DNA from: Octopus sinensis
Lineage: Eukaryota
Length of the DNA: 64,000 nucleotides
Reading direction: 5' to 3'
Assembly (NCBI RefSeq): GCF_006345805.1
Contig: NC_042999.1
Location: 82,398,001 to 82,462,000, forward strand
The translations under genes and the position numbers were made by a program. Under the pieces are notes generated by a model, which was not told where the DNA came from, did not search any database, and was given only the letters and a program-made list of their open reading frames with translations. Shown here one piece after another: positions 40,408 to 54,040 of the stretch. Every line of letters begins with the position of its first letter. The stretch's first letter is position 1.

Positions 40408-40625
40408 AGGCGGCAAATTGACAGAATCGTTAGCACACCGATCAAAATGCTTAATGATATTTCGTCCATATTTACGTTCTGGGTTCAAATTTCGCTGGAG
40501 TCACCTTTGCCTTTCATCTTCTATAGGTCGATAAAATAAATACCAGTTGAGCACTTGGGTCGATTTCATCGACTCAGCCCTTACCCTAAAATTGCTTACC
40601 TTCTGCCATAAATGAAACCAATATT
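40408..40625 (+). mobile_element. Family A SINE, diverged
   Basis: AAGGCGGCAAATTGACAGAATCGTTAGCAC...TTTGCCTTTCATC...GAAACCAATATT. Confidence 0.8.
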
Positions 40626-41059
40626 AAAAAAAACTGGAATGGTATCCATCTCAAGAATCTTTCTTGCCTCTATATTTTCCAATGAGTCTTTTGCACTATG
40701 ACTGAAAAATTACTTGCAATACGAATAGTGTAAGCTTTATAATACAGATATGTCTACCAGTTATTCTTTGTTAACACTATAAATGTATAAACACTACCTT
40801 TGCAGGTTGATATTCTGAAAAAGTAGTCAAGCATCTTATTCCAATCACCGAAACGTATAGGTATGAATTAATTCAATGATTTTTTCCTTGTGATACTTAA
40901 TTTTTATATGTGCTCTATGTATGTTGCAGCCTGAGCGCCATGGCCTTACAGATGTGTATCTATTATCATGAATTCAGTTTTCCGGTGCTTATATATTCCA
41001 TTGTCATGAATCATACGAAGCTCTAAATAAATGGTTCCCTGTTACATTTCAATGAGAGT

Positions 41060-41260
41060 ATATAAATATATAAACGAAGAACAAACACAAAAAGCAACAA
41101 TGCAAGAACGTGGTACATATTAATTATTAGCAGACGCTCGGGGAAGGAAACAAAAGTGGCTTTACGTTGGAGCAAAGCTCTTCTTCACAAACAGCTGAGT
41201 CCAATAGAAAACGAAGACGGAAGGAAAAAAATCGCCAACGATTCACATGTGGTTACATTT
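41060..41260 (-). mobile_element. Diverged PLE-like terminal repeat with decayed hammerhead (41160-41188)
   Basis: - strand GTGAAGAAGAGCTTTGCTCCAACGTAAAG; shares ACGCTCGGG and layout with 38700-38880. Confidence 0.5.
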
Positions 41261-41974
41261 TGATATATATATATAAAGATTTGAAAACATATAATAAATG
41301 CACAAACAGAACAGACCAAGAGCAAATGAGTCCATTCAGCTCTTTAACTACGCATCTTCGAAATGGTAACTCTAAATAAGACCTGCGCCGTGATAAAGCT
41401 AATTGGCTCGTGGCACTTATTGCACCAGACAAATTTAAGTTTTAAGTACGAGGAAATGGAACTGGCTCTGCACAGCCTATTCCTGTTATAACAATATTCA
41501 TCGCTCAAGTTGTTTAGTAGATCAAGACATCAGCACCAAGGCCACCACACTTCCCATCTCTTCAATGTCGATAAGGAAGGAGTCAACGGGGGTGTTACAG
41601 GAAATTTTTAGCTTTGGCCCAGCACACGGGCAACCATAGAGTCATGATCATTTTTAACTATCTTTTTGAAACTTCATTCGTGCAAGCGAAGACAGTGTCC
41701 ACGTCATGTGCATAGATCTCAAATGTATACTTAGTATCGTAATCTGCGCGTGAATTTTAGTTCTCATATTTGGTATTACTGTGAGTATGTGGGAGCAATG
41801 CATGAATAGGTATAACTTTGGTTAAGTACATATACGCTAATAAACACATTTTCACAACCAAAACTTACGCATATCCACATTCAAACTCACAAAGATGAGA
41901 TTGATATTTTGAGTAAATAGTGCATGTTTTCTATACAGATACACATATATAAGTACTAACAGATTGGTAGATAG

Positions 41975-42033
<59 letters not shown>

Positions 42034-42109
42034 ATATATGTAGGTCCCGGGTTGATTCGGGGTTAACCACAGTAAATAAGGTACTCAATACATAGCAGAG
42101 TAAAATTAA

Positions 42110-42233
42110 TTATTATATAGAAGGAGCTTCTACAGGACTAGAACTGTTTCATTCAAGAGAAATCTTCAGGAAGCCTGAAGATTTCTCTTGAATGAAACAG
42201 TTCTAGTCTGTAGAAGCTCCTTCTATATAATAA
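42110..42233. ncRNA. Head-to-head pair of hammerhead motifs forming a near-perfect 61/60-nt hairpin
   Basis: Arms 42110-42170 and 42174-42233 differ by one deleted C, with loop AAG. The - strand copy (42125-42173) has stems I-III and the full core; the + copy lacks the 5' strand of stem I. Confidence 0.75.
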
Positions 42234-42237
42234 ATAT

Positions 42238-42285
<48 letters not shown>

Positions 42286-42292
42286 ATATATT

Positions 42293-42347
<55 letters not shown>

Positions 42348-42348
42348 G

Positions 42349-42398
<50 letters not shown>

Positions 42399-42426
42399 GA
42401 TAGATAGATAGATAGATAGATAGATA

Positions 42427-43902
42427 AGTTTCTTTATTGGCCACACAGGGCTGCACACAGATGGGACAAGTTACAAGGTAGAGCTTTTCTTTTGGGGGAT
42501 GAAAAAAACAAAAAAACAAAAGAATAAAAAAGGGGTGGCGTAGGTTTTCGATCAAGAGGGATCGTAAAAGGGAAGAAAAGAACAAAAAAAAATAAATAAA
42601 TAAATAAAATAAAAATAAATAAATAAATAAAATAAAAATAAAAAAGAATAAAAAGAATAAAAAAGGAAAAGGAAAAGGAACAAAAGAAAAGAGAAATGAA
42701 AAAAGAAGAAAAAAGGGGAAAAAAGGGGAAGAGGAAAAAAAAGAACGATCAATAGGGATCGTGTATCACAGTGTTATGATATATGGTGTAAAGGGGAAAG
42801 CAAGTAAGGTTTATCCGTGGGAAGAAAAGCCTAGGAAAAAGACCACGGTAACCTTGGTCAATATTGTTATATGTTACCACATTTGTTTGCAAGTGGGTAA
42901 CCCTCTGTTTTCAATTTCTGGGTTTATAGGATTATGCTCAAGGTGGCTTCGTCATTCATACGTGCCATCCTTGCTACATTCACCCATCTTTTTTTAAAAC
43001 ATTCGCTAGACAAAACTTGCCTCTCTACTCTCACTTTCCTTTTCAAGTGGTACTTGAAGAAGTTGATGAGAGATTGACCAGAGAGGAAAGTGTTTGTCTC
43101 CTTCTTTCGCCATAGCCACAAGGATGATGAAAATAGCTCTTCCTTCCCGTTTGACGGAAGGAGGCGTGACAATATTGACGATAGACTCAGCTGATAAACC
43201 GACTCGTCCCACACGTGACAGCAGTTGTTCGACATAAGCCCACAGGTCGGAAATTGTTGGACACTGCTCGAGTGCGTGCAGAACGGTTTCGTCGCTCTGA
43301 CCGCATCTCGAGCAGGTCGGCCCCGTGTTTCTCGAGCCGTGTCTGTAGAGCTTATCCCGAACGGGTAGCGCTTCTCGGTAACACTGCCAGGCCAGGGATC
43401 TCTGGGAGTTGTCCATGGGCCCTGGCCCGAAAGTCGTCCTGAACAGGCGGGTCAGGTACTCCTCGTCGGCGTCCAGGTTCTCCCCGAGCTCGTCGTCGTA
43501 CCTCCCCTCCACTAATCCCCTATAGAATGCTTTGGTTGTGTTGAAGTCACTCAAGGTCGACCCAGAACGGCAGAGTTGCTTGAGAGCAACGCGACACTCG
43601 CGGTGCCATTCGCCCTTCCTCGGCCTCTTTTTGATCCACGACTGCAGTTCGGTCATGGAGACGAGCTGCGGGAAAGCGTGCCTCACAAACGGCGACCACA
43701 CCTGTTCACCGTCGTCTACATAGAGCCAGAGATGTCGCAGTCTCAGCGCGTGTCTGCGCATCATCAACCACGGCATGCCCAGCCCTTCTTTTAACGGGTG
43801 TTGACAGCAAATGGATCGCCTGACCATCGGGACGCATCCTTTCCACAAGAAGCGAAAGAGAATGCGTTGTAGTTTGGTGATGGTAGGGTCGGGACAAGGT
43901 AC
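42427..43902 (-). mobile_element. 5'-truncated Tx1/L1-clade LINE (ORF2 C-terminus plus 3' UTR)
   Basis: About 270 uninterrupted codons: ILFRFLWKG...EGLGMPWL...LAWQCYREALPVRDKL...CSRCGQSDETVLHALEQC (CCHC knuckle). One frameshift leads into ...RWVNVARMARMNDEATLSIIL*. A 3' UTR ends AATAAAGAAACT. GC-rich relative to the window. Confidence 0.9.
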
Positions 43903-44083
<181 letters not shown>

Positions 44084-44342
44084 GCATGCATACTTCAATG
44101 CATAATCATAAATCACATGCTGTGTTGGTGTACATACATGTGAAAAACTGTTGTAAATGTATTTCTTGGTAGATATGGAAATTTATCTGTGTCTTTAATT
44201 AGCATGTATTGGAATTTTTGTACATGAAAATATATCTGTATATGTTTATGTATCTAGGTATGTTGGAGATTCACATGTCTGCCAGTACAGCTATTCATCT
44301 ATCTCACTTTGTATGTAGATGTATTTGTATCTTTTCATGTGA

Positions 44343-44417
<75 letters not shown>

Positions 44418-44786
44418 GTGTGATGTGTCTCTGTTATATTGCTTTGCATGTATGTTAGAAGTAACACTCTTATAAATGATTTTTATTTTCTTTATAAATT
44501 GAGTTACGAAATCTTTAGATCTGTTTTTCTTTGTGTTAAAGGCAAAAATCCAGAAAGGAAGTCTTTTATCTGTAATATGCTGCACATCAAACCACGTTCA
44601 ACAATAGAATCGATGATATTTATATACGAATATGGACACACGGATGTATAGCTATATGTATAGCCATACGCGCATACATATATTTAGATAGATAAATAGA
44701 GATATATCGGTATTATATGTAAAGCTGTATCTGTTTGATATAACGCTTCATATGATAAGTATAGATAGATAGATAGATAGATAGAT

Positions 44787-44845
<59 letters not shown>

Positions 44846-46094
44846 TCAAATGAATACAATTTTATATATAATAAATAAGTTGATAACTATCTATCAAAAT
44901 ACGTGAGCATGAAATGGAAACGTGAAAGCGATACAGATAATCAGCTAAAATTTGATCTCCTAGATATAACAGCTAAATCTCCCTTAATCTAGATTCTTGT
45001 AAATGGAAGAACAAATTCTATAAAGTTTTCTGGATGAAGGAAGATGGGATGGCCACATCCGGAAAGATACTAATAATAGGTCTTCTCTTAATGAAGATGA
45101 ACAGCAGATCTACAATCAACATATTCTACTGATAGCTTAAAAGAGTCCTGAAAATAATAATAATAATACTGATAATAACAATATTTTTATAAGCTTAAAG
45201 CTTATAAGAGATCATGGTTAAAGAAAACTGTCTAGTACTGGGGCATATAAACCCTCGACGGAAGAAAGTGGGTTTTCCGCATGCATGGGACTCAAACCTC
45301 TTATATTCGCGATAATTGAGCTAAGTATTACACCAACGTTCGTCACCACTTGTCTATTTGTCGCAGGACTAAAAATATTTAGGCGTGGTATTATAATAAA
45401 AGAAAAAGTAACAGCCATATTCTGGAGCAACTATGTTCATAGTGTGTGTGAGTGGGTGTGATGTGGGGTGGAGTTCGAGTCTGTTAAACAATATGTAATT
45501 CTTTTTCTTTAACAAGTGTGTAAATATTCGCAGTGCATGCGTATAACTAATGTTGATTTCGCGCAATAGCTTACACTGGAAAGGACATTGTGTATACAGT
45601 TCCTAGGGAAACAATTACATATGAATTATATTAAATCGTTTTGATTGTGCATTCTTTCAGTGTTGTGTATATTTTGAATACGTTGCCTCTTATGCATGTA
45701 ATCTTGTTTCTAGACGTGTTTCGTCATGTTTCCTTTACTTTACAATACAGAAGCGAAAAGAGGTTACTGTTTGACCAAGCAACATACACATTCATATATG
45801 CACACACACACACACCTACAAACACATACACACACATACACGCGCACGCATACACACACACTCACTCTTACTCACATACACACGCACAATTTATTATCAT
45901 TACGCTGTTATTATCTTATATATATATATTTGCATGAAGATACATGTTAACAAGCACAAACAGAAAGACTAAAAAGTAAGACAGACAGACATACAAACAG
46001 GAAGCCAGGCAAGCTGCCAGGCAGGCATCCAGGCAGGCAGGCAAGCAGACAGACAGACAGACATACAGACAGTCAGACAGACAGACAGACAGAC

Positions 46095-46160
<66 letters not shown>

Positions 46161-47049
46161 GCTTAACACAACATGCAAAAGTGCTTGTATGTATATATGA
46201 ATCGTGTATATATGTATATATATATATATATATACTTATATACATATGCATGTATGCATACGTGAATACATTTATGCATTCATGTCCATAGCACAGTGTC
46301 TATGAGAGAACAGTTGACCGCTAACCTTTGGTCTCGTCTATCAAGCACGCAATATATATTCAATACGGTGACAGTATTTATGTTATACTGAAATGAAAGC
46401 GAAAATCAATACATCTCCAGTAGAAATGAATAGTTGTATTTCTCTTTGAGTTCAAATCTTCATACGACCAACATAGTAGTATATCTGCGGAAAAAAAGCT
46501 TATATCTACTCAAATTCTATCTTCATTTTAAAACAACTTTGATAGTGAGTGTCATAGCACCAATGCGTTTACGGTAAGTTTAAACTGTATTGTGGTAATA
46601 AATATAGGGCGTATTGGCCCTAAGAATATAATTCTTTTCATTCTAAATTAATAGATTGTTTTTACTAAATGGGCACCAACTGCGGAGGTACCCCTTTATA
46701 CCAAGTAATTTTTTAAATTTTCGATATCAGTATGATAAATCTTTTCTTTTAACCGTAATAATCTTTAATTTTTCTATGTATATATCATGTAAAGGGAATA
46801 ACTTCTTTAGTGTGTTTACCATTTTTCTGGTAGTTACTGAACCTAGCATGTAACCATCTGATTTGTGTAACTGAAATGATAATGGATTTAATATCAAAAT
46901 AAACACAATTACAGAAAGACTATCTCCTTGGAATAAGTATACTCTTTGAAGTTTTTATAACAACAGACACTATCGATGTATTCTCAGTTAAAAGCTTTTT
47001 TTTAGGTCTTAGTGAGCTCTTCAATGGCATCGATAAATGTGGCTGGTAC

Positions 47050-47640
47050 TTTTGCCAAGTGCAGATACTTCAGCAACTAGGTATAGGAAATAGACTTAAA
47101 TACTTTTCTAATTCGGCCCATAATCCCACAAGGTCTCTACTATTTTTCTACCATCAGAGAGCATAGCTTTGTTTATCAAATGTTTTTTCGTCACATCCCT
47201 AGTCTTCCTTCGTCAACCTGTCTCCTCATCAGTTACTTCATTTTTTGGACTCAAAATAATCTTCGAGGAATTGGTTGAGACAGTCCGTGTGAAGCTGATG
47301 CATAATGTTTAGGTAAACAATAGCTTTAGGATTTTCTGCTAATTCAGTGGCTTCATTATTGACTCCAAGATTCCGCCATGCTATAATTTGGTATGCCAAT
47401 CTAGCCAATTTGGTATGTCAATCAAGCCTCCCAGCCCCTTGTACCAGTATCCAACTATTAGGTCTCTTTTAGGTGCCTTCATGTTATGAAGATTTTCTAC
47501 AGATATGGTGAAAGCTTCAGGATCAATTTTTTAATATTTTTCTGTTGATGTTGGTACATTAGATTCTCTTAACTGTATTTAGCTTCGATGTATTCTAGTT
47601 AAAATCTTTCGGTTTCATTCCAGGTTATAGACCACAATGT
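47050..47640 (-). mobile_element. Degenerate R4/Dong-clade RT fragment
   Basis: HNMKAPKRDLIVGYWYKGL ... IVYLNIMHQLHTDCLNQFLEDY ... GCDEKHLINKAML. Confidence 0.75.
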
Positions 47641-47923
47641 TCTTGAGAAGGCACTCTTTCTCAACAGTATAAAGCTTAAGTATAAAGCTTAAGCACAGGA
47701 AGTAAACTTACGATTTATAGTGGCTCGTCAGAAATCTTTCTGCGATAACGAGGTTTTTCGCTCAGCGTTCTGAATTTAACTTTAAAATTATTATTTAAAA
47801 TTATTATCACTCCCTCAAGGGCTTTACGTAAGGAGTCACCGAAAGTTTTGTTTGTTGCATATGACGAAATTGTTACGTTGTGAACTCAATATTCCCCTTA
47901 CATTTTAAGGTGGTTTAACATCA

Positions 47924-47934
47924 AATATGGCGGC
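47924..47934 (+). promoter_or_regulatory. YY1-type motif (possible TSS-proximal element)
   Basis: AATATGGCGGC matches AANATGGCGGC. CTTCCG (ETS-like) lies about 45 nt downstream. A single short motif only. Confidence 0.25.
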
Positions 47935-48789
47935 GCAGTGTTAAAGTTTTCTTCGAGTTTTGTTTTCCATCTTAGTTGCTTCCGTTTAGTAATATCATAA
48001 GCGTGTGCACTGCAGATATCTGTAAAGAGCTCTGTTAGATTAATAGCAACTGTAAGAAAATATTAACATCACAGAATTCTATGAACTTTGGAACAACATC
48101 ATCAATAACATTGAACATGAAAGCAGCTTGTTGTTCAAGTATGTATTTTCTCATGTACATATATATGAACTGAACTAGTTTCAACTCACGAGTTGTGGCC
48201 ATGCATATTTATGTGCGCACACGGGTGTGTGTGTGCGTGCGTGCATATATACGCATACACATATAGGTATGGATGGCCGTGAATTGCTGGATCTTATTTC
48301 ATGCTGATATTCATATGTATTATATATTTTGACTTGTAATGATAATGTTCTGCATAGATGCATTCTTTCTGCTCTTGTGAAATCTAACTTCTAAGCTCTG
48401 CGCTGGGGCACAGGACTCCGACAATTATTGTTAGAAATATAAAATCACAGACCGGAAGGATTTACTACAGATTATTTCAGTATCAGCTTGTGGCACATAT
48501 TTTCTTTGTCTAAAATATTTAACATCATATTGACATCTGCAGAATAATTAATTTCACCTCCTGTGAATAATTTTTTTAAATATTTTTTCTGTCCTAAACC
48601 GTCATATTTTGTCCGTTGTCGTTGTATTTAATGAAGTGCTTTTAGAGCCATTCAACCAACATTATTTCAACGTAGGCGTAATTTAACCCTTCATACCTTT
48701 TCTTACAGATTTCATTATCTAATGCCCTAGCCATAACATCATATCCCGAATTTAAATAATGCCGAGAATACAATTTCAGGCAACTGAAT

Positions 48790-49260
48790 TATGGTGTAAG
48801 TAGCGTCCTTATTATTAAATCCACAGAACCTGCACCATTTATCGCATTTGGGTGTTTACCTGCGACCCGACACTCATTGAGCATCAAGTATTTTGTAGTT
48901 ACTTTCTGCTCCTGTTTTGCAAAAGTGAGAGGTAATATCCCAGTTGTTAGTTTAGGGTAGATTACTCTGGTTGTCAAACTTGTTCTTACTTTGAATCCCT
49001 TTGGTAATATAGCCCGGCATAATATTTTGCTGGTATACATGAAACCTCTCTTCTGCCGAACGCACTGTTGTACAACTTCGCTGACTTCATATCTTTGGTT
49101 ATGAGCCGTTTTCTCAGAAGCGTCTTTCCAAAACGTCACGATATAATACGCCTCACATACGCAGATTTACTCCTTGACAGGACTTCAATGCTTTACGACG
49201 TTCAAAGCCTCTTACAATCGTTCTTAAACCTCTGCTGCTTTTGCTTTTGTTTTAAAAGAA
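48790..49260 (-). mobile_element. Possible R4/Dong post-RT remnant
   Basis: AKQEQKVTTKYL...ECRVAG resembles the QEQEI.TKYL...CRLC region. Heavily degraded. Confidence 0.4.
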
Positions 49261-49382
49261 GAATTCCTGATCTTTGTTAAGAACTTGTACATATTTATGT
49301 ATGTATGTATGTATTTATGTATGTATGTATGTATGTATGTATGTATGTATGTATGTATGTATGTATGTATCATCTATCTATC

Positions 49383-49413
<31 letters not shown>

Positions 49414-49454
49414 GCATGCATGTATATCATTATGTGTGTATCTATATATGTTCA

Positions 49455-49750
49455 TGGGCGCAACATGGAAAAATAGTTAAGACATTCGCTTTGAAATCGT
49501 GAGATCCCACGTAAGTTCCCACGCTGTGACATTATGGTCGAAGGTCTTTTAACATTGCTTCGAGTCAATCCAAAACTTGCAAGTGAAAGTGAATAGACGA
49601 AAACTGTGCATTGCCAGCCAAATGGATTCTGTCTTTAATTCAAAGGATTTTGTTTTGTCATACAGCATCACCCTGATTCTACCTGAGAATTACGCAATTC
49701 AGTGAATATACACTCATTCAATGAGCTATTAATTTGAACGAGCAGTTGAA
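49455..49750 (+). mobile_element. Old SINE (family C-like)
   Basis: Decayed tRNA-like head GGCGCAACATGG...AGTTAAG; the 3' part CTACCTGAGAATTACG...TTAATTT..ACGAGCAG is shared with 16440-16520. Confidence 0.5.
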
Positions 49751-50160
49751 CCTTATTCTGCGAAACCGACGAAGATCCACTTTTTTGGAATATTTGCATG
49801 TATACATGTATATATATGCTTCGATGTGTATGCTGTTATCCGATTTCAATAATTTGACATAATATACACTAATATTAACTGACAGTCGTGTTATATTTCA
49901 GTCATGTTACCAAAGAAGTAAGAAAGAAGAACGCCATGATTAGAATCAATCGGAAAATGAAGGATGGGATTCGTTGCCAAAGAGAGAAATACTAGTCACC
50001 GATATTCGATACTGATCTTCGTAAACGGATTCTCAGAAAAACGTTGTGTACAAACGTAGAGAAATACTAAGGGAGGGGCAGCATTGTTGCAGTTCAATAT
50101 ATATGCTCGCCTACTGCATTCCCCACACCATTTCACCACGTTCATATATAAATATATATA

Positions 50161-50251
<91 letters not shown>

Positions 50252-50544
50252 TATATATATATGCACATCTGTATATCTGTATATGTATGTATGTACTAAT
50301 ATATACGCAGATACATGTATAAATATATTGACCTATATGCGTGTGTGCATGTGGATGTGGATGTTAATGCATAAACGTCCAATACATATAAAGGGAGAAT
50401 GTATACAAGTGAAGGAAGAGCCACATATATGTATATGCCATATTTTATGTATCGGTACAGGTTAACTTGTTTGCGTGTGTGTTAATGACATAGAGAGATA
50501 GGGGGAATGCAGATAGGTAGAGAGTGTGACAGATAGACCTAGAT

Positions 50545-50584
<40 letters not shown>

Positions 50585-50658
50585 AAGATACACAGATAGA
50601 CAGATAAGGTAGATAGACAAATAGACTGACAGATAGATAGATAGATAGATAGATAGAT

Positions 50659-50787
<129 letters not shown>

Positions 50788-50819
50788 GTACATATATACA
50801 TGCGTCTACATATATACAA

Positions 50820-51075
50820 TGTATATAACGGCAAGGTTGACGAAAATAAACAAACGACGAAGGCAGGTGGAGTACAAACAAACAAATGTATTAGTATCGC
50901 GCTCAGGAATAGAAATAGAAGTATTTTACGTTTCGAGCCTACGCTCTTCGACAGAAAGATAGGGGGAATGCAGATAGGTAGAGAGTGTGACAGATAGACC
51001 TAGATAATAAGAGAGAGAGAGAGAGAGATAGATACACAGAAAAAAAACAAGGAGAGAAACAAGGAGAGTTTTTAC
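50820..51075 (-). mobile_element. PLE-like terminal repeat with minimal hammerhead variant (50922-50960), interrupted by a templated insertion
   Basis: Near-identical to 60370-60546. An approximately 70-nt insert at 50961-51033 copies 50500-50580. Confidence 0.75.
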
Positions 51076-51092
51076 GACGCATATATATACAT

Positions 51093-51130
<38 letters not shown>

Positions 51131-51131
<1 letters not shown>

Positions 51132-51226
51132 ACTTACTGTTGATAAAAGCAGGGGGAATGCTGCGTTCCGTTACTTAATAAATCAACGGAATGCAACGCG
51201 TTCCCCGGATTTTATTGATAGTAAGT
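51131..51226 (+). ncRNA. Candidate pri-miRNA-like hairpin
   Basis: 17-bp lower stem (51131-51147/51210-51226), 5x3 internal loop, 20-bp upper stem (51153-51172/51185-51206) with a 2-nt bulge, 12-nt loop, five G-U pairs and no A.C mismatches. Confidence 0.4.
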
Positions 51227-52419
51227 TTTCTATATCCGTGCGACTCTATTTCTAGCCTTTACTCTTTCTCTTGTTTTTCTCTCTGTCGCCCTCTTACTTC
51301 TGTTTCTAGATTTTCTCTTTTCTTCTTTTTCCCCTTTCATCCCTTCTCTTGTTCTCTCTTTGCCACTCTCCTTCTCTCTCTCTCTCTCTCTCTCTCTCCC
51401 TCTCTCTTGCCCTCTTTTTCTCTCTGCCTGTTGCTCAGATGTGACCCGTGACCTTTTTTTTCTCCTCTTTCTCTCCCTTTTCCACAACGGTTGCGTAGTT
51501 GACCGGTCCTGAATTCTCTGTGTTCGATTGTTTTGCTATTTGTTGTCTCCTAATCCTTTAGGATACCTTCAAAGCAATACCCACCATTCGTGTCTTTTAT
51601 GCCCTAAGGCTATATTTTGCTCGTTTCTTGTTTATTTCGTCTTTGTCCAACGTCTTAAATTACATTTATTCACTTTCGTATGCCCACTCTGTCTTTGCTT
51701 GCTCTCGCTCCTATATTCTCCGGAACATTCGTGGCGCCGCCAGCATGGAGAGTTCTCAGTTTTATCATTGAAGGTGCGAAACTGAGTAATACCATCTGGC
51801 TGATAACCGATGAAAAAGTAGGGACCTTCTGTGTCTATCTCACGTCCGGTTATACACTCAGTATACGTTGTACGTCTTTTACCCTGTCGTTGTTTATTTA
51901 CAATACATTTTTTCATTTATATATATGAGCACATGAATATCATTACGTGAATGTCAAGTGGGAATGAAAACTATGGTTCCTTCGTTTCAGCCTTCGTTCT
52001 AATTACTTCTATACCACTAACTCGTCGGAAATATACCGAAATGTCAATAGAAGAGACGTAGGATTTCATTTTGTTCGAATTTCTCAGTCTTCATGGAATT
52101 TCTCATTAGCTCTATTAATCCATTCATCAAGAATTGTTTTGAAAATCTCAATATGTATTTATTATTTAATCCTTATATAATCATACTTAATTTGGAATAA
52201 AATTTAAATTAACATTATACATTTATAATAAATGAAGCTTAAGTCATATCTCAGACTTCCATAATGTAGAAATATTTAGAGGTAACTATTTATTCTATCT
52301 CGCATCTTTGAGAATTCCAAAGGAAGCAAAGTGTTGATCTGCACTTTCAGTGACATCGAACATATCTGATAGGAACATCTTGCATCAAAGTTATATATAC
52401 GCGTATGTGTAACTGTGTA

Positions 52420-52565
52420 ATAAGAAGCTTGCATTCCATCAACATAGTTCTGGATTCAGTCCCACGATGTGGTAGCTTGGACGAGTGCTTTCTACTATAG
52501 CTTTAAGCCAACCAAAGCCTTGTAATTGGATTTGGTAGACGGAGACTCGAAGAAGCCCGTCGTGT
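52420..52565 (+). mobile_element. Family B SINE 5' half
   Basis: GGATTCAGTCCCAC...TCTACTATAGC...ACCAAAGCCTTG...GATTTGGTAGACGGAGACT..AAGAAGCCCGTCGT. Confidence 0.8.
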
Positions 52566-52704
52566 ATATATATTCCCTTATTTACCCCACTAATACATTT
52601 AGCTCTCCACAAAATTATTCCATCTCTAATCACCTTTCTGTCAAAACTTCGATTTCTTAAGACGGAGGCTCGTATTGTTTTGTATTTAACGTATTTAATA
52701 TTCT

Positions 52705-52765
<61 letters not shown>

Positions 52766-52789
52766 ATATGATATATGATATATAATGAA

Positions 52790-53730
52790 GGAAATTGTTG
52801 TATAAAGTGCTCAGGTGTACTACTGGCGGATTTCATAAAGCATGGAAGTTTTAAAAGATGTAGTGTCTCGACAGCTAACAACTGATGCGAGTAGTTTATT
52901 CCATGCTTCAGCAATTCTGAACGTGAAAAAATGTTTTTGAAAGTCGTGGGTGCTGTGTTTTTTTTTTTTTATAACCATGTTCGCGAGTGTTTAGAAAGGT
53001 GCCAAGGTTGTTGTTCGAAAGATGGTGGATAATTTTGTGGGTGTAAACCAAGTCAGTTGCCAGATATATTAGCTTCAGTGTATCCATGTCTAGAGAAGTA
53101 AGACGTACAGAGTATGGTAGATGTCTGACGGCGGGTGTTCGTTTTGTTGCACGTTTCTGAATAGTTTCCAGGAGATTTTTATGCTGAGCAAGATAGGAGT
53201 TCCAGATTGGAGACGCAAAATCCTAGTGTGAACGTACCACTGTCGTATACACTTTTAGATAGATAGCTGAAGAGCGGCTGACAAAGGTCATACTGATAGA
53301 TGCTAGCACCCCCTCAGCCTTCCTGACAATCTATTTCTGATCAAATTGCAACACACACGTCTAAATATGACACCGACAGTCCCGCTTCATTAATCTTCGG
53401 AACATAATATCATCCAGACTTACACTACTATTACCATGAATGGAGATTGAAAAATATTTCAGGATAGAATATTTTATATTTCAACACCATGAAGGTGCAG
53501 TCACTACTATTATCAATAAAACAGTCGTGCTTGAATAACGAATACAAGAAATGCCGCCAAAATTGCCTCCAATCTTTCATCATAGTAATTTTGGATGAAG
53601 AACATTGATCAGAAATATGCATTTGAAAATTGTAGACGGTAAGAGAACCTTGATGTACACCAGATCTTATAGAATGCGATTTTATAAAGTGCGATGGGAT
53701 AGCTTCAACATAGTAATAACTCGTGAATCT
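52790..53730 (-). mobile_element. CR1/L2-like LINE ORF2 3' remnant
   Basis: IRSGVHQGSL (RT motif) ... VRKAEGVLASI...YTTVVRSH*DFASPIWN...TIQKRATK...FFTFRIAEAWNKL. Confidence 0.8.
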
Positions 53731-53739
53731 TTCTTTTTC

Positions 53740-54040
53740 CATTTTAACCCTCAGTGTTCAGTTGTTTGACCAACTGAACTATTAGAATTGCTGAATTGAT
53801 GTGTTACTGACTGCATATTCCACAGACACGTGTATGGTTAATGTAATTCGCAGGTGGAATGAGCGTGACACGGTGTAAAAATGTTGGACTTTTGAATTAC
53901 CGCTATAATCAATCCGATGGGCTTCTGCACACTTTCCATCGAGTCTATAGAAAAAACATATGACCAGGATGCCGCAGAGGGAATCGAAATTGAGACCTCA
54001 TTATTGTGACATGTACATCATAACCATTCAGCCGTATAGT
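53740..54040 (-). mobile_element. Old SINE (family C-like)
   Basis: The - strand has a tRNA-like head with TTTCGATTCC and a 3' GAATTACATTAA..ATACACGTGTCTGTGG motif similar to 16450-16500. Confidence 0.5.

Noticed and set aside
40810-40862. CTGAAAAAG...CACCGAAACGTA, possible decayed hammerhead
   Set aside because: The core G8 is missing and no stems can be formed.
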